From sequence record DRR723986_3279: a stretch of 39,073 bases of DNA. One strand, given 5' to 3'. The translations under genes were made by a program, and so were the position numbers. The stretch's first letter is position 1. Each line of letters opens with the position of its first letter. Below, in pieces: positions 37,422-39,073 of the stretch. The notes under the pieces were generated by a model, which saw only the letters and a program-made list of their open reading frames with translations, did no database searches and was not told the origin of the DNA.

Positions 37422-37426
37422 AGCTA

Positions 37427-37846
37427 TTATTTCTTTGGTGTCAGTACGATCTTATCGTCACCAACCCCAACATCTTTTGCAGCATCATAGATGCGGATAG
37501 ACAATCCCAAATGAGAGCCTTCAGCTGCCTGAATAACAACAGGTGCTTTCGGGCGTTCCACGCTTTCCTTCTTGATGATTGATGAAACAGATGAGATATC
37601 GACACGAACAAAGTCATGTGTAATCCGGTTATTTTCATCAATAAGAAACGCAATAGCCCGCGTTTCATCATCGGGTGGTGGTGGATCATTTTGAGTATTG
37701 TCGTCCTCCGGCTTGTTGACCTCAAGACCGGATTCTTTCACGAAAGAGGCCGTCACGATAAAGAAAATCAGCATGATGAACACGATGTCTAGCATCGGGG
37801 TCATATTGACTTCCGCTTCGTCCTCTCCCTTAGAGAATTTACGCAT
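37427..37846 (-). CDS. exbD: ExbD/TolR family protein
   Basis: EVNMTPMLDIVFIMLIFFIVTASFVKE motif; GGAG RBS. Confidence 0.95.
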   Translation of the reverse strand: MRKFSKGEDEAEVNMTPMLDIVFIMLIFFIVTASFVKESGLEVNKPEDDNTQNDPPPPDDETRAIAFLIDENNRITHDFVRVDISSVSSIIKKESVERPKAPVVIQAAEGSHLGLSIRIYDAAKDVGVGDDKIVLTPKK

Positions 37847-37866
37847 TGGTTAACTCCAGTCTTGGT

Positions 37867-38394
37867 CTAGTGGTCCATCGTCAAGCTGTCTTCAAGACGC
37901 TCTGCTTCGCGCTTGGCTCGCTTTTCAATGTAGGTACTTAAGAATACACCAGACAGCGCCGCAACCATGCCCGCCATTGTCGGAATGGTTGCCTTGGACA
38001 CACCTGCCGCCATGGCACGTGCGTTGGAGCTGCCCTGTGATCCCATCACATCAAACACATCGATCATCCCGGTCACTGTGCCCAGCAGCCCAACAAGTGG
38101 ACAGAGGGCAACCAGTGTTTTGATCAGATTCACACCTTGAAACAAGTTATGATTAATCTCGGAGATCATGGCGATGCGAATTTTATGCGCATACCATGAT
38201 TTCCGTTCTGACCGTGCTTCCCAGGTTCCGATAACCCGGTTCTTATGCTTTTTATATTCAAGCGAATAGAACCAAAGGCGTTCGATGATCAGCACCCACA
38301 TTACAAACGTAACCACGAGCACCAAGTACAAGATGTCGCCACCTCGTTCTATGAAGGCTCTGATCGCGTCAAATGCTTCGGTGATTGCCAGCAT
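37867..38394 (-). CDS. exbB: MotA/TolQ/ExbB proton channel protein
   Basis: CPLVGLLGTVTGMI and GVSKATIPTMAGM motifs. Confidence 0.93.
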   Translation of the reverse strand: MLAITEAFDAIRAFIERGGDILYLVLVVTFVMWVLIIERLWFYSLEYKKHKNRVIGTWEARSERKSWYAHKIRIAMISEINHNLFQGVNLIKTLVALCPLVGLLGTVTGMIDVFDVMGSQGSSNARAMAAGVSKATIPTMAGMVAALSGVFLSTYIEKRAKREAERLEDSLTMDH

Positions 38395-39073
38395 TATCCT
38401 TGCGCTTTCTCTGCGTGTACCGCAATGATACCGGCAGACTGCTCTTCCAGAATGTGAACCACACCCTTGGAGGAACCAGATACAAAGCTATGCAACATCA
38501 ATGTTGGAATGGCGACAACCAGACCTTCCACTGTTGTCATAAGCGCTGCAGAAATACCACCAGCCATCTGAGATGGGTCACCAGTACCAAACAGGGTAAT
38601 CGCCTGGAATGTTTCGATCATACCGGTCACAGTACCGAGAAGACCAAACAAGGGAGCCACCGCTGAAATCAGCTTAACTGCCGTCAAGAACCGTTCAAGT
38701 GCTGGCGTTTCTTTCAGGATTGCTTCATCCAGCTTCAACTCCAGTGTTTCCACATCAACATTCCGGTTCTGGTCATAGACCGCAAGGACACGACCGAGAG
38801 GATTGTTAACATTGGCAACTTCAGACTTAACCTGTTTCTTCACTTTGCCACTTACCATGAATAGGTAAACCCACTGGAACACAGCAAGCAGAACGCCAAT
38901 AACACCAAGTGACAGCGTGAGATATCCAATGAAACCACCTTGCTCAAGGCGCTCATAAACATCTGGCTTCTGCACTTCAAGGTTCAGCAACTGACCACGT
39001 GTCGGGTCAATACCCAGCGCGTGAATGCCACTGGTTGCGGCCTCAAAGGCTGGGATAGTCCCTGTAAAACGCG
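38394..39073 (-). CDS. Long MotA/TolQ/ExbB family protein (TtpC-like), 5' truncated by window
   Basis: Frame open to the window edge (RFTGTIPAFEAATSGIHALGIDPTRGQLL); APLFGLLGTVTGMIETF, GTGDP and ALMTTVEGL motifs. Confidence 0.9.
   Translation of the reverse strand, partial: RFTGTIPAFEAATSGIHALGIDPTRGQLLNLEVQKPDVYERLEQGGFIGYLTLSLGVIGVLLAVFQWVYLFMVSGKVKKQVKSEVANVNNPLGRVLAVYDQNRNVDVETLELKLDEAILKETPALERFLTAVKLISAVAPLFGLLGTVTGMIETFQAITLFGTGDPSQMAGGISAALMTTVEGLVVAIPTLMLHSFVSGSSKGVVHILEEQSAGIIAVHAEKAQG

Overview
Chromosomal window of about 50% GC from an alphaproteobacterium. The lineage is inferred from gene order and promoter style; it is possibly a marine Kordiimonas/Emcibacter-like organism, which I cannot confirm. 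I saw no rRNA, tRNA, CRISPR array, transposase or integrase. The window holds many hydrolases (trypsin-like, GloB, S9, M20, M14, alpha/beta, beta-lactamase-like, patatin) and an orphan secreted beta-rich protein. It also holds an XRE/membrane-protein module, a sulfate-assimilation operon (cysG-DUF2849-cysI-DUF934-cysH) followed by a GcvA-like LysR, and a ThrC-like PLP enzyme. Further right lie an MFS transporter, dat, mscS, tadA/rluB/rsmD, gabD, a TtpC-type TonB operon and a duplicated tonB-exbD pair. The most interesting signals are non-coding. (1) The cys promoter has six 13-bp Lrp/AsnC-like boxes phased every ~21 bp, bracketed by two inverted GcvA-type LysR boxes, with a third such box upstream of the LysR gene. 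(2) The duplicated tonB-exbD promoter carries two Zur-like boxes and lies between perfect 19-bp inverted repeats that include the ribosome-binding site. Regulatory assignments are by-eye motif inferences and are untested.
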